A stretch of 64,000 bases of DNA, from the NCBI RefSeq assembly GCF_006345805.1, contig NC_043000.1:27776001-27840000 (forward strand). The letters are read 5' to 3'. Each line of letters opens with the position of its first letter. Position 1 is the first letter of the stretch. This stretch comes from Octopus sinensis (Eukaryota). Made by a program: the position numbers and the translations under genes. The notes beneath the pieces were generated by a model. It was not told the DNA's origin and searched no databases. It was given only the letters and a program-made list of their open reading frames with translations. Positions 25,699 to 39,993 of this stretch are shown one piece after another.

Positions 25699-25895
25699 AA
25701 GAAGAAGAAGAAGAAGAAGAAGAAGAACAACAACAACAACAACAACAACATCGAAAAATACCTTAGGAATGAGAAGCCAGGTTCGAAATTGCCTTAGAAC
25801 ACCTGAAGAAGGTTGGAGGATATATCATCTGAAACGTTGTGTTAACAACAAACAAGATGAGGACAAATATCCGTCGAATGTAAATAACGTGAATA
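25533..25895 (+). mobile_element. tRNA-headed/hammerhead-tailed element, forward copy
   Basis: Head TGGCGTAGTGG..GTTAGATTCC, (TAA)(AAG)(AAC)n, hammerhead at 25798-25843: AACAC-CUGAAGA..GAA-ACGU-U/GUGUU. Confidence 0.85.
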
Positions 25896-26082
25896 ATGAA
25901 CTGGTATATCACTTTTACAACCCCGAAACGATGAGAGTCAAGGCCACAATGACCTCAGCATAATTTGATGTCAGAGTCTAAAGAATCATAACTAAATGCC
26001 AAAAAAAGTTTTCTGCAACTCTGTAATTATTTTTCCAATGCAATGACAAATACTTGTGTAGTTTAAGTTTGATAGTTGTCTC

Positions 26083-26469
26083 TTTATGTTGGCACTCCGT
26101 CGCTTACGACGACGAGGGTTCCAGTTGATCCGATCAACGAAACAGCCTGCTCGTGAAATTAACGTGCAAATGACTGAGCACTACACAGGCACGTGTACTC
26201 TTAACGTAGTTCTCGATGGATATTCAGCGTGACACAGAGTGTTACAAGGCTAGCCCTTCGAATTACAAGCACAACAGGAAAAGAAAATAAGAGTGAGAGG
26301 AAGTTGTGGAGAAAGAGTACAGCAGGGTTCGCCACCATCACTTGGTGAAGCGTCGTGGCGCTTTAGGTGCTTTCACTCAATAAACACTCACAACGCTCGG
26401 TCTGGGAATCAAAACCACGATCCTATGACCGCGAGTGCGCTGCCCTAGCCATTGGGCCATTGCGCCTCC
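26083..26469 (-). mobile_element. tRNA SINE: head/body B plus tail Y, with 10-bp TSD
   Basis: AGTTGTCTCT on both sides; tail shared with the 46757 copy, body shared with the 33897 copy. Confidence 0.85.
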
Positions 26470-26844
26470 AGTTGTCTCTAATTTTAATTAGTTGTCTCTA
26501 ATTTTAAGCATAATGGCAGTAAATTTGGAGTATGGGCTGAGTAGATAAATCGATGGCAGTATTTCATTTGTACTTGGTTTAGTAGACCCTGGGGGGAAGA
26601 AAAGAGATGTAGACTACGACAGGATTTGAACTTATAATGCAAAGAGCCTGAACATATTTCCTTTTAATATGTTTGCCAAAAGCTTCATTTAATCGTAAGA
26701 CCAACTGTTATGATGGTTAGGATGGTTAGGATGGTTAGGATGGTGGACGGTACAATTGAAGTCATTTCTTGGTTCTCAATTGATTTTGTAGACCTGTAAA
26801 ATGATAGGCAAATTTTAACTCTCCGCGATTCGCACTTAAATGTT

Positions 26845-27062
26845 CTGAGGACTAATGGCTTCAAATTTCGGCACATGGTCAGAAATTTTAAGGCAAAGGA
26901 TCTGTCGATTGCATTGACCCCAAGTGATACTTATTTTATGGACCCCGAAACAATGAAAGCAAAGTCGACCTCGTTGGAATTTGAACTCAGAACGTAATGA
27001 TGGATGAAATGTTGAAAAACATTTTGCTCGGCGTGCTAACGATTCTGCTTGCACACCGTCCT
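26845..27062 (-). mobile_element. Nin-domain SINE
   Basis: Head and Nin motif match the 19856 copy. Confidence 0.8.
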
Positions 27063-27187
27063 GAATAGCTTTATAATAATAATAAGACACAGTTTACACC
27101 ACATCGTGTATTATATAGTACGATATATACGGTAGAGTATATAACAGTATATTTATTCTGCTATTTTATTAAGTGTCATATCATTTT

Positions 27188-27581
27188 ACTAGCAGCATCG
27201 CCCGGCGTTGCTCGGATTTGTTTCGACCCTTTAGAAGTGGAATTTTTGAAAAGTAAAACTTTAGCATTATGTAGCTTGTCATTCTCTTTAAGTGAACATT
27301 TTCTGGTTGAAATACACCGAAAAATGGCGATACAGCAGTCAAAAAATCGTAAAAAATAGGGATTTTCATAGAAAAGAAGCACCATTTTGATGTAAATAGT
27401 TTTTGGTGTTAACATGGTCCGATTTAAATTTCTTTCTTCTACGGAAGGAACAGCAATCTTTCTTCTATCATACTTTCAATTTTGGTCAAAATGCGCCGTA
27501 AGGTCTCGGAGGAGATAGTGTTAGTTGAAGGCTACCAAACCTGCCACACACAGACAACTTCAGCTTTATATAGAGAGAGAT
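27188..27581 (+). mobile_element. Non-autonomous Helitron-like element
   Basis: ACTAGCAGCATCGCCCGGCGTTGCTCGG..acagacaacttcagctttatatagagagagat. Confidence 0.75.
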
Positions 27582-28249
27582 TAAGACAAAATCAAATTTC
27601 TCTCCCATGCTCAATATATTAACGGCGCACATTTGTATGTCATTTAGTGCGTTCATGTATGTATTTTCCCGATTCATACTTCGCATTTTACCTCAACACA
27701 AAAATCATTTCCAGGGACAAGGGATTTCTAAGGTAATGCATTACATTACTGTAAATTACAGATATGGAAATAAAAATACATGCTTTATACAGTAGCACCG
27801 AATTGAAACGCTAGTTATCTTAGTTTCAACGGAAGCTTTCGGTTTAAATATCATTACTGAAGATAAAAACTCTAAAGGGATAAAAATTACCGTAATTGCA
27901 AATTTAAAATGATAATTGTAAATGTCAAAAATAACGTTATTTGTAGAGATATTCGTTCTAACGTCATTTTATCTTCAATTTTACCTCTCTGAAGCAAAAT
28001 TTAGGAAAGATTTTATGCAGCACCTTTAAATTAGCATTTCATTGGTTAAGGCTTATTTTGTAAAATAACAAGGAAGCTAGGTGGAAATTACTAAACAAAT
28101 TTACACCAACGCACTTGTAAACAGAATGGTATCAGTGTTGAGAAAAGCAGAGAAATATTATCGGTTTTAAGAAAAGCAGCGAAACAGTCAGAAGCGTACA
28201 AGAAAGGACGTGAAAATTGTTTTAACTCTCTGCCTGCCTTGTATATTAA

Positions 28250-29671
28250 ACTAGCAGTATCGCCCGGCGTTGCTCGGGTTGTAAGGGAAATAACTATATA
28301 AGCATTTTTAGAGAGTTATAGCAAAAAAATAGCAAAAAAATGTATTAAAAATGGAATAAAAAATTATGGTAATTTTTTTAAATCGTTGACTCATCGTAGA
28401 CATTTTTAGAGAGTTACTTCCCTTATATAATAGCGAAAAAATGCATTAAAATGGAAAAAATGATGATAAATTATTTTTAAAATCGTAGACTCATCGTAGA
28501 CGCGCGCTAATACCCAGACGGGCTCGATATGAATCACGACTATAAGATACCCGAATTTGGTTAAACTGCACCGTAAAATGTGGGAGTAGTTAGGAATCTA
28601 AATCGTAGGAGACAGACACACAACTTCACTTTTATATATAAAGATTTGTGCAACAACTAAAACATTCGGTTGTGCAAATTGTTTGCACAGGAAACCTGCC
28701 CTGTCGTTTTTTTGTCGTTTTTGTAGATCTGTTTCAGCTTTTTTAGCGATTTCTGTTTTGGCGACTTCAAGCCATGAAGTCGTTGTTCTAAAAGAACGCT
28801 GGTCTCCTTGACAACGCTTTACGACGTTGATTTCCTTACACTCCCTTCCCCACAGCTTCACGAGGGAGGGAAGAATGGGGAGAAGCAACACAGGTGCAGG
28901 TGTGAGCATGGACGCCAACTCCGCCGCCATCGACACACGAAAAAATATGCCTTAAAATGGAAAAAATTTATGGTAAATTATTTTTTAAATCGTAGACTCA
29001 TCGTAGACGCGCGCTAATACTCAGACGGGCTCGATATGAATCACGACTATAAGATACCCGAATTTGGTTAAACTGCACCGCAAAATGTGGGAGTAGTTAG
29101 GAATCTAAATCGTACGAGACAGACACTCACACAACTACAGTTTTATATATATAGACTAGCAGTATCGCCCGGCGTTGCTCGGGTTTGTAAGGGAAATAAC
29201 TATATAAGCATTTTTAGAGAGTTACTTCCCTTATAGATGCCAATTCGGGCTTTCTTAGCCATTTCTGTTTTGGTGTCTTCAAGCCATGAAGTCGTTGTTC
29301 TAAAAGAACGCTGGTCTCCTAGACAACGCATTACGACATTGATTTCTTTACACTCCCTTCCCCACAGCTTCACGAGGGAGGGAAGAAGGGGGAGAAGCAA
29401 ACACAGGTGCAGGTGTTTGAGCGTGGACGCCAACTCCGCCGTCATCGACACGAAAAATTATGCATTAAAATGGAATAAAAAATGATGTTAAATTATTTTT
29501 AAAATCGTAGACTCATCATAGACGCGCGCTAATAGCCAGACGGGCTTGATATTAATCACGACTATAGGATACCCGAATTTAGTTAAACTGCACCGCAAAA
29601 TGTGGGAGGAGTTAGGAATCTAAATCGAAGGGGACAGACACTCACACAACTACAGTTTTATATATATAGAT
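28250..29671 (+). mobile_element. Head-to-tail trimer of Helitron-like elements (28250-28645, 28646-29154, 29155-29671)
   Basis: Three near-identical 3' ends of ~190 bp and two ACTAGCAGTATCGCCCGG 5' ends; units 2 and 3 share a captured GC-richer segment. Confidence 0.85.
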
Positions 29672-29678
29672 ATATATA

Positions 29679-30052
29679 TACTCTTTTACACTTTTACTTG
29701 TTTCAGTCATTTGACTGCGGCCATGCTGGAGCACCGCCTTTAGTCGACCCCAAGACTTATTCTTTGTAAGCCTAGTACTTATTATATTTTTCTTTTTCCT
29801 GAACCGCTAAGTTACTGGGACATAAACACACCAGCATCGTTGTCAAGCGATGTTGTGGAGTGACAAACACAGTCACACAAACACATATATACGACGGGTT
29901 TCTGTCAGTTTCTGTCTACCAAATCCGCTCAAAAGGCTTTGGTCGGCCTGAGGCCTTAGTAGAAGATACTAGCTGAAGGTCCCACGCACTGGGACTGAAC
30001 CCGGAACCATGTGGTTGGTAAGCAAAATACTTACCATGCAGCCAATCCTGCG

Positions 30053-30055
<3 letters not shown>
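29679..30055 (-). mobile_element. SINE family A
   Basis: Reverse complement of the 21844 copy. Confidence 0.9.
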
Positions 30056-30392
<337 letters not shown>

Positions 30393-31320
30393 GAGAGAAA
30401 GAGTGTCAGACAGGTAGTGCATGGGTATCACAAACAATAAAATCATGCAGCAATTGTATTGAAAGTATCGATGATGCACACTCTGGATCTCATATGATAT
30501 ATACGTTTTAAATATGTGTGATACATTCTATTATCACATATTACTCACAATTTAAACCACATTAACCTCGAATAACTAAGTCTGAAAGCAATCTTGGATG
30601 TTCAGGACAACCTTATGAAAATATTTTGAGCAAGCAACGGGATATAAAAAGATATCTCATATGAATGAAAGGTCTATTACACGATGCATTGAGATATGAA
30701 CATATTTTTAAAACTATCCTTCACTAACATTCATATAATATTTGCAAGAATCAACTTGATTTAAAAGAATCAGCACATTCCTCTAAAGACACTCGTTTCG
30801 GTTTCTGATAATATGTACAGATGTCATTTTAGTTCTTCTCAATACACGAGTGTTTTATTAAAAATCCACGGGTCTTTTATTTCAGAGAGAAAAATGAGTT
30901 CAGTGCTGAACATTTTCTTCATATCAAATACTTTCTTGACAGCCAATTACTGTGGATTTTAGAGGACCTAATCTCTGATTGTAATATACTTACTTGTGCA
31001 TGAGATTCAATGTCGATTACATTCTCAGTCACAGAGATCTATTTCCAGAAACGCTTGGTTATTCCAGTGTATTTCACGGAAAAATTTGGCTCGGAAATTA
31101 AAAGAAACCAAAGAAAAGATGTAGTCTGTACACACATCGAACGGAATGGAAAAGTGCTACTGGGATCTTCAGCAAGTTCGCTTTGGGTACACAGCACTTG
31201 AAACACAATCCCGTTCTTTTATTAGTTTTGCTCCTTACAGGCTTTGATACCACCAGTGCGTAAACAACTTAAAAGAAAGAAAAGAAGCAGAAGGCTAAAG
31301 ATTTAAAAGATGTTGACTGA

Positions 31321-31905
31321 TATTGGGTTGTCCGGAAAGTTCGTGCCGATGTATAGCAGCTTACCTTTCAATTTATTTTAGAACATGGTTGATTCCATAA
31401 AATAGGATTTGACTACAGCTCCATTTAGAGCAGAGTTTAAGCTATCTTTTCGTGGAAGAAGGTTTATGTTCCTATAACCAGTGTTAATTCTGTAAGCCTT
31501 TAAAATGGAAGATAAGAAAGTTTATTTTCGACACTTGATGATTTCTGAACCAGACAAAAATTGCTGCAGCTAGGCTGGGATGTGTTACCCCACCTTCCAT
31601 ATTCACCAGATATTACTCCTTCGGATTTCTACTTATTCAGGTTTCTGCAGGATATTCTTAATGGTAAAAATGTCAATTCCTTGGATGACGTTTTTACGTC
31701 ATCCAAGGAATTGAACCTTGATTAATTCTTTGCCTTGAAACCACCTCAATTCTGGGAAGAGGGTATTTTGAAGTTAAAGGAAAGATGGAGACGCATTATG
31801 CAACAAAATGGTTTATATTTGGTTGATTAAAAATGTAATGGAAAGTATTTATTGACTTTTTTCTTTTCTTTAAACATCGGCACGAAATTTCCGGACAACC
31901 CAATA
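31321..31905 (+). mobile_element. Internally deleted mariner (~585 bp)
   Basis: 30-bp TIRs tattgggttgtccggaaagttcgtgccgat / atcggcacgaaatttccggacaacccaata; MEDKKVYFRHL joined to SPDITPSDFYLF..ERWRRIMQQNG. Confidence 0.92.
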
Positions 31906-33896
31906 AAAATCTTAATGGACTGAATGTCATAGATCAGAGGAAAACACGACGATGGTAGTGAATTACAGAGAACAGTAGTCCGTAGGACAAAGCTCTTGGT
32001 ATAAAACGACTTATGACTAACAGACGGCTAATCAGAGGATCGATGTGCCTGAGAATAGAAACGGTTGACACGTATACAGATATTGACATATAGTAATAAA
32101 TCAGAAATTTTATCAGAGCAATGAACAGGGGAAAACTTATTGGAAAGTAACAATGATGATATATTTCAACGAAGAGCCAAAGAATTAAACCTAGTGGAAA
32201 GAAGAGGACCCATCACGTTCTTATAAAAGAAGCTGCTTATATGCCAAAAAACTGATGGTCTATGCTTATTTTCCCACAGCCTTTTAGTAGAGATACTAAC
32301 ACCGCGTTCACTAAGCTTGTGTACTCAAATATACTGATTAAGCAATATGCAGTTGCTTTGATAGCATGTCGTGTATTAATAGCAACAATATAGTTGCTAT
32401 TTTTGTATCGGAATGGCAGATAATTAATTAATTATAGTTTTAGTGCTGATCGAGTAAAAGTGATACCATTTTTAGAATCAGCTCCAGAAATATACCAAGA
32501 AATAAGTCTAAATTCTAATGCAGCAAAATGTGTGCTTAATCAATAATCAGTGATTAATTAGTGATTAATCAATAAATATGTGACATTAAATTCTGACGGA
32601 TATTTGATAAGATAATTTATTTTATAATGCATGTTATTTATAATAAGTTAATCTGCATTATTGTAATTAAATGTTTGTCACCGTCAAATGCAGATGGTAG
32701 AATAGAAAGGAAAAAAAAACTATATTTGCACAACAGGCCAACAAACACATCGCACACACATCAATAGATATCCGTATACACACACATATTCCCAAATGCA
32801 AAGCATTAAAACGCATTCGCATTAAATAATTCGAATTACACGGCAAGTAGAATTTCCTTGTAAATTATACAAAAATGATATTACTGAAATTCTAAAGAAA
32901 TCAAAATTTCTACGTATCAGAAATTTTTCTTTACTAAACGAAGTAAACCTACAGTAATCTTTATTTAAATGAAGTGTTCAGTTTAATTTGCATAACATGC
33001 ATTTGTCGGCGGCGAAGTATTTCATGCAAACCAGAGCGTGTATTAGAAAATCTTTTTCAGCCAAGTTCTAGTTTGTGCTTAATTTAATTTAAATTGCTAT
33101 CGCTATAAATTATCTTCATGAGGAAGAGAGATGCTTGATTTACTTTGAAACGTGTGAAGGCAAACTGCAGAATTTTTCTGTTCGTATTAAGTAATATATA
33201 TATATGTATACATACATGTATATATGAATGTATGTAGGTATGCATGTATGTATACCTGCATGTATGTATATATATAATATATATATATATATATAGTTAT
33301 GCAAATATTTACATATATATATATATGCATGCATATCCATATGAATATATATATACATATGTATATATATATGTATGCATGTGTGCGCTCGCGCATGTGG
33401 ATTTCTTATCTCATTCTGTTAATTTATATTTATTTATATATATATACATATACATATATAGGCATACTTACCTATATACATACATGGATACATTAGATAC
33501 CTACACACAGATACATAAATGTGTTTTAATGTGTGTGTGTGTGTGTGTGTGTAACAGTGTTACCAGCGATTCAAATTGCACGATTTCCTTCATGGAATTC
33601 TTCTAGCGACCGTGATGAAAACCGTATTGGTTAAAACACAAATTTAAAAGAAAATTACGTTCAGATATATTGCATTACTCCTTTGTAACTAATAGTCTTC
33701 GCCAACCACATATTGAAATGCCTGGATTTTTGTAAGAGCTAGAAGCATATATTCCATTTAATGTTTTATTTCGTGTTTCCTATACACCGATGCACAAATT
33801 TTGATGAAGAAGCTGACAATCAGTTGCCCGGCATTGACAAACCATAAAAAAAGGCAAACTGTGCCTTAGTTTTTCGTGGGTCACTACTCGGACGAT

Positions 33897-34168
33897 ATTT
33901 GACTCCCTCAGAAGGCCGGTTTCCCTGTTTCATTGGCGTATATGTTCCCTACCTGGACGGGACGCCGGTCCGTCACAGGTGAGCTGATAGATGCAGGAGG
34001 AAAGAGTGAGAGAAATTTGTGGCGAAAAAGTGATCAGAATTTCGTTATTACTTTCTGCCGGAGCAGTGTGGAGCATAGGCGTTTCGCTCATAAACACACA
34101 CATCGCTCAGTCTGTGATTCCCACGACCGCAGGTCCGCTGCTCTAACAACTAGGCCTTGTGGCTCCAC
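33897..34168 (-). mobile_element. tRNA SINE: head/body B plus tail X
   Basis: Body ccacaaatttctctcactct as at 26083; tail cctgtgacggaccggcgtcccgtccagg..gggaaaccggcc as at 123 and 51964. Confidence 0.8.
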
Positions 34169-34777
34169 ACAATGCGCTGCAGGCACCTCAACAAACGGGA
34201 AAATTTTACTCAGTATCAGATTATCGAGTATTTTGCTGCGGGGTTACTCAGGAGGAATACTAATATTATCCTCAATCACATTTCCAGTCAAGAGAAAGAT
34301 TAACGCATTATTAAACGGTTAAAGTATTTTAAGTACTCTGTTAATCCAATATATGAACTATCAAACACTGTACATTTAAGGCTATGTAAAGATAATAGCA
34401 GGATATCAATGGCGTGTAGATTTTGTTCAAATTACACTATATGTTTTTAAGTAGTATTGACTATTTTGTACTGGTTCATACGGGTACTACATATGAATTG
34501 TCTCTGTCAATGTTGCTCGTAGAGAATATAGCAAAATATTTACCGCACTTCATATAAATCTGCGAAATATTTAAATGCTGTAGATATGAATATATTGCAT
34601 CTAACAGACCAATTTTCCCTGTCAACTATTCAAAATATCAGACGAAATTGTTTGGTTATGTAATTCATATTATGCAGCGTATCTATAAACAAACAAATGC
34701 TTATGAACACGCAAATGCATATGATACCGAAACACGCCTAGAATAATTTGAACAAAATAATTTCATTCATATTCTAC

Positions 34778-34818
<41 letters not shown>

Positions 34819-34902
34819 ATGTCAGTTATCAGTTACGTGATATCTGTTTCAATCTTGTATCTACTTCGAAAGTCTTCAGTGGAAGGAATCCAACTCCAGG
34901 CT

Positions 34903-35340
<438 letters not shown>

Positions 35341-35398
35341 CTCTTTATTTCTTTCTCTCTCTCTCTCTCTCTCTCTCTCAATATATATATATATATAC

Positions 35399-35454
<56 letters not shown>

Positions 35455-35584
35455 AGGGTATGAGAGGTAAGGTACGGGAAACATGTATGAACACCATTCT
35501 GCTTAAATAATGAAACTGCAAATACAATATCCTTACGTATCTCGATTCTATTTTCGTTCATCTACTTCACTCTGTATTTCATAT

Positions 35585-35932
35585 CTTCTCTACAATAATT
35601 ATTAGTTAAACATTTTCTCGCACCGTCTTCGATGAAGGGATATATAAACTATCCCGGAAATAGCTGTAAGAGAAATTTTGTGTCGTTTGTGACAATCTTC
35701 CGAGATCATCTTATTGATGAGTAGCTGATTTTTACAACCATACCCTTTTTGCTCATTAGTGAATATGCCACTTTCTATTAAATAACTATAGGCGTCTTCA
35801 GTCAAGACAAATGTTAACATTTTATACATTGTTGTTAAGCAGGTTATGGGCCTATAATTTTTTGGTTCATTTGTTTCTTCACTATTTAGAAGTAGGAATG
35901 TTACATCATTAACTAACCAAGAGGGAATCATA
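35585..35932 (-). mobile_element. R4-clade RT fragment
   Basis: PKNYRPITCLTTMYKMLT..EQKGYGCKNQLLINKMISEDC. Confidence 0.85.
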
Positions 35933-36445
35933 CTTAACTGATTGGAAGTATTATCATGAACATTATTTAGTTTTGGTATAAAAGATGGGCTACAGCAAAT
36001 ATTCTGCTCAATACCACAGATTTGCTTGTCAGTTGTTTGACCTTAACCAGTTGATCATCTCGCTTAGTGGCTGACGATACGTTCATCGCTGATCATGAGC
36101 AGAAGTAGAGGGGTAGCATCATAGCCGTTTGTTGAAAGGAATTCTTAGAAGTTTGGATAATTCACTTTTGGAAACATGGATGGTTCGTTCAGCATCCTTA
36201 AACAATCCTTATTCAGGGACATTTTGAGCGGGATGGGCCACTCAACCAGAAGAAAATTCTAACTGGGCCCCACCTGCGAGGTCATGCACTGTTTATCTTG
36301 ATATGAGATCCCCATGTCGCGCACATATGGTTGTGATGCATGTGCCTAGTGTACCCTTATCAGACGGCTATACATGATGGGTATACTAGGCTTCGTTTAT
36401 TTTATTCCAGTGTCACTTTGATGGCATGCACTGCTCTCTCACTCA
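35933..36445 (+). mobile_element. Second, 5'-truncated copy of the ~560-bp (TAA)n-anchored repeat
   Basis: Colinear with 12110-12617; followed by (TAA/TGA)n. Confidence 0.8.
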
Positions 36446-36524
<79 letters not shown>

Positions 36525-36559
36525 TGATAATAATAATGATAATAATAATAATAATGATG

Positions 36560-36629
<70 letters not shown>

Positions 36630-37382
36630 TAATAATAATAATAATGATAACAACAACGACAGTTTCTAATTTAGGCACAAGGCCAGCGAATTTGAAAGGA
36701 GCGGTTAGTCGATTTCAGCGACCTCATAATTTGACTGCTGCAATATATTCTCGAACCCGAAAGAATGAAAGTGGGATAAAATTAAACGAGGATTAAATTC
36801 CAAAGATAAACAGTTGGAAAAATGTACCGTAACACATTTTTGATGATGTTGATGATGCTGATGTTAATGATCCGGAGGACCATTCCATGCAAAGCACACA
36901 AACGCCGGCCTTCGTTTGATGTTTTAAGACCAAGAAATTTTATAGAGTTGACTATGAAACGTAAACCGAAGTAAAAATTCACGTTATTCTCTTTGCACGC
37001 ATTTTAATACAGAAGATCGATTTGGATATGTTCAAGTCTAATTAGTATAAGGTGCAGCCTTCGTCGTCATTGAGATAATGTATGGAATCCTGCACATTAT
37101 TTTTATGACTTGTCTGTTGTAGTGTATGGTGTGAGGGGTAACTAGGTATTGCTGATGCTTAAATCTAAGACTCGTAAGCTATCAAGATCAAAATGCTTTC
37201 GTTTCAATGGAACAATCTCTTTATGTTTGTTTGAGACTCTGCCATCATATTTATATGTGTGTTTATCTAACTTAGGTATCTAGTAATCTGTCAATAGGCG
37301 AGTCTATCAATTCCATTTCAACTTCCCCAATGCTTTTTCTTTCCCACTATATATATATATGCATATACATATAGATACATAC

Positions 37383-37423
<41 letters not shown>

Positions 37424-37559
37424 CATACATATATATATATATACATATATATATATGTATGTATATGTATATGCATACACATATATATACATATATATAT
37501 ATATGTATATATATGTATATGCATATATATATATATAAATATATATATGTATGTATATA

Positions 37560-37592
<33 letters not shown>

Positions 37593-38081
37593 GTATTTAT
37601 ATAGACACAAACATACATACATACACAAACATACATACAAACAGTGTGCGAAGCGCGAATGTGTGTATAAATACACACATGTATGTATGCATTTTCTATC
37701 TACCTATGTATATATATATATATATATATATACAGTTAGGGACAGAGAGCGTGTGGGTGAGAGAGAAGGGGAGACGGAGAGTGAGAGGGGGATTTGGAAA
37801 CGTCAATGCTTCACTATGACAAAGGCTGACATCTAATAATCCCCTAAGGATGAAACTAACAGTCATTGTTTGTTACTGAATTGTCCAATACCCACAATGG
37901 AAGCTTTATTTTAGAAATGTAGTCCTATGCATTGATTTTGATGTCTCTAGTACAATGTGCTTTCACATGTATGTGTGTGTGTGTCCGGGTGTGCGTGTGT
38001 ATATCTCTACATATGGATAACACAGATCTACCCACAGAAGCACACACATATATTTGTACATATATAAGTAATATATACATA

Positions 38082-38243
<162 letters not shown>

Positions 38244-39380
38244 TGTGTGTCTATGTATATATATATACATGTAGATATATATATGTGTATATATATATAA
38301 ATATGTATATGGGAGAAGTTTCTTTGTGTGTATGTAGGCATATATGAAAGTGATTGAGATCAATATTTATCAGAATTACCTAATCCAATTACTGAAAATG
38401 CCACTGCGGAATCTGATTTACTGTTGTAGGTTATTCCTCCTGAATTTTGTCATCAAATAGATCTTTTGGGCATGTTCCAAAAGTACATACAAAATCGATA
38501 CCTGCTATCATAAATCTTATTTAAAATAACATTTCGTAATTCATCTTTACCTAATGATGCTAAAACACTTCTTTTTTTCTTGTGCCTGATGACTGACTTA
38601 TTTGGAACATTGCCCGTTTTACCAAAGAGAGTTGAACAGGGTTCACCTTATTTATTTTCGTATTTTTACGCCTTCTTTAATAGTAACATCTCCATCAGCA
38701 TCATAATGCAGCCCCTTAAACCCTTGCTTGAATACCTTAACAAGCTGGATTTACGAGAGGTGAATCTACTGACACATGATCTCTTTACTTTTCAAAAATA
38801 GCGCGAATGTTTCGAACAAGAGGGTACGTAGTGTATCTGGCTCTCATACGGTAGGCAACCTCATATCTTGGAATGTTTACCCTGCAATTATAAGTAGAAG
38901 CATTATTAACTATGATGAAATTCTGTTGGTCTGTTTATGAATTCTTCATTGCATTCTACGCTAAAATAATATATATTTATAACCGTTCAAGGAATTTCTT
39001 TTATTCCAAATAGTTAAGCGTTATCTAAAGACCAACTTGCTCGTGGTACAGAATGCGGTAGAAATAAATAAATCTCATACAGTTTACAAATGTTCCCACA
39101 GTAAAACCAAGCAAACCTATGTATGTACCGTTCTAAACCCTATTGGCGACTGCAAAATGAAGGGTAAAGCATTAGCTACTTGAATACAGTTACCAACTTT
39201 AATAGCTAACATACAGTGGAACAAGTGTGGGAGATTTTATGTTGTATCCTCTGTATTCTTTCTATAAAATTTATACCATTGTTTATTATATAAAAAATAT
39301 CGTTCTTGGTCACATCAACTCTGCAAATCAATGCATATCCTTTCTCAGGTTGCCTTCTTCGAGACTATGCCTTTCTCTTC

Positions 39381-39621
39381 TTACTCTTTTTCTCTTTTAC
39401 TTGCTTCAGTCATTTGACTTTGACCACGCTGGAGCACCGCCTTTAGTCGAGCAATTCTGCACCAGAACTTATTCTTTGTAAGCCTAGTACTTATTGTATC
39501 GGTTTCTTTTACCGAAGCGCTAAGTTACGGGGACGTAAACACACCAGCATCGGTTGTCAAGTGAAGTTGGTGGGACAAACACAGACACACAAACATACAC
39601 ACACACACACATATATATATA

Positions 39622-39700
<79 letters not shown>

Positions 39701-39993
39701 ATATACTCAAAATAAGCAACAAGAATGACACCGGTAATTTGGTACAATTGTTTCGCACTACATCATTTTATTAAAAGTTGTATATATACATACATATATA
39801 CATACATACATACATACATATATATATATACGACGGGCTTCTTTCAGTTCCCGTGTACCAAATCCACTCACAAGGCTCTGGTCGGCCCGAGGCTATAGTA
39901 GAAGACACTTGCCCAAGGTGCCACGCAGTGCGACTGAACCCGGAACCATGTGGTTGGTAAGCAAGCTAATTACCACACAGCCACTCCCGCGCC
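39381..39993 (-). mobile_element. SINE family A with a nested half-hammerhead fragment (39705-39780) in its microsatellite
   Basis: SINE halves flank (TA)n; the insert reads GAA-ACAAUUGU-A on the minus strand. Confidence 0.85.

Noticed and set aside
26712-26745. (GGTTAGGAT)n resembling a telomeric repeat
   Set aside because: A 9-bp unit of 3-4 copies, not TTAGGG; an ordinary minisatellite.
30870-31010. Strong-looking splice acceptor at 30884 (similarly 46204)
   Set aside because: All frames stop before any plausible donor.
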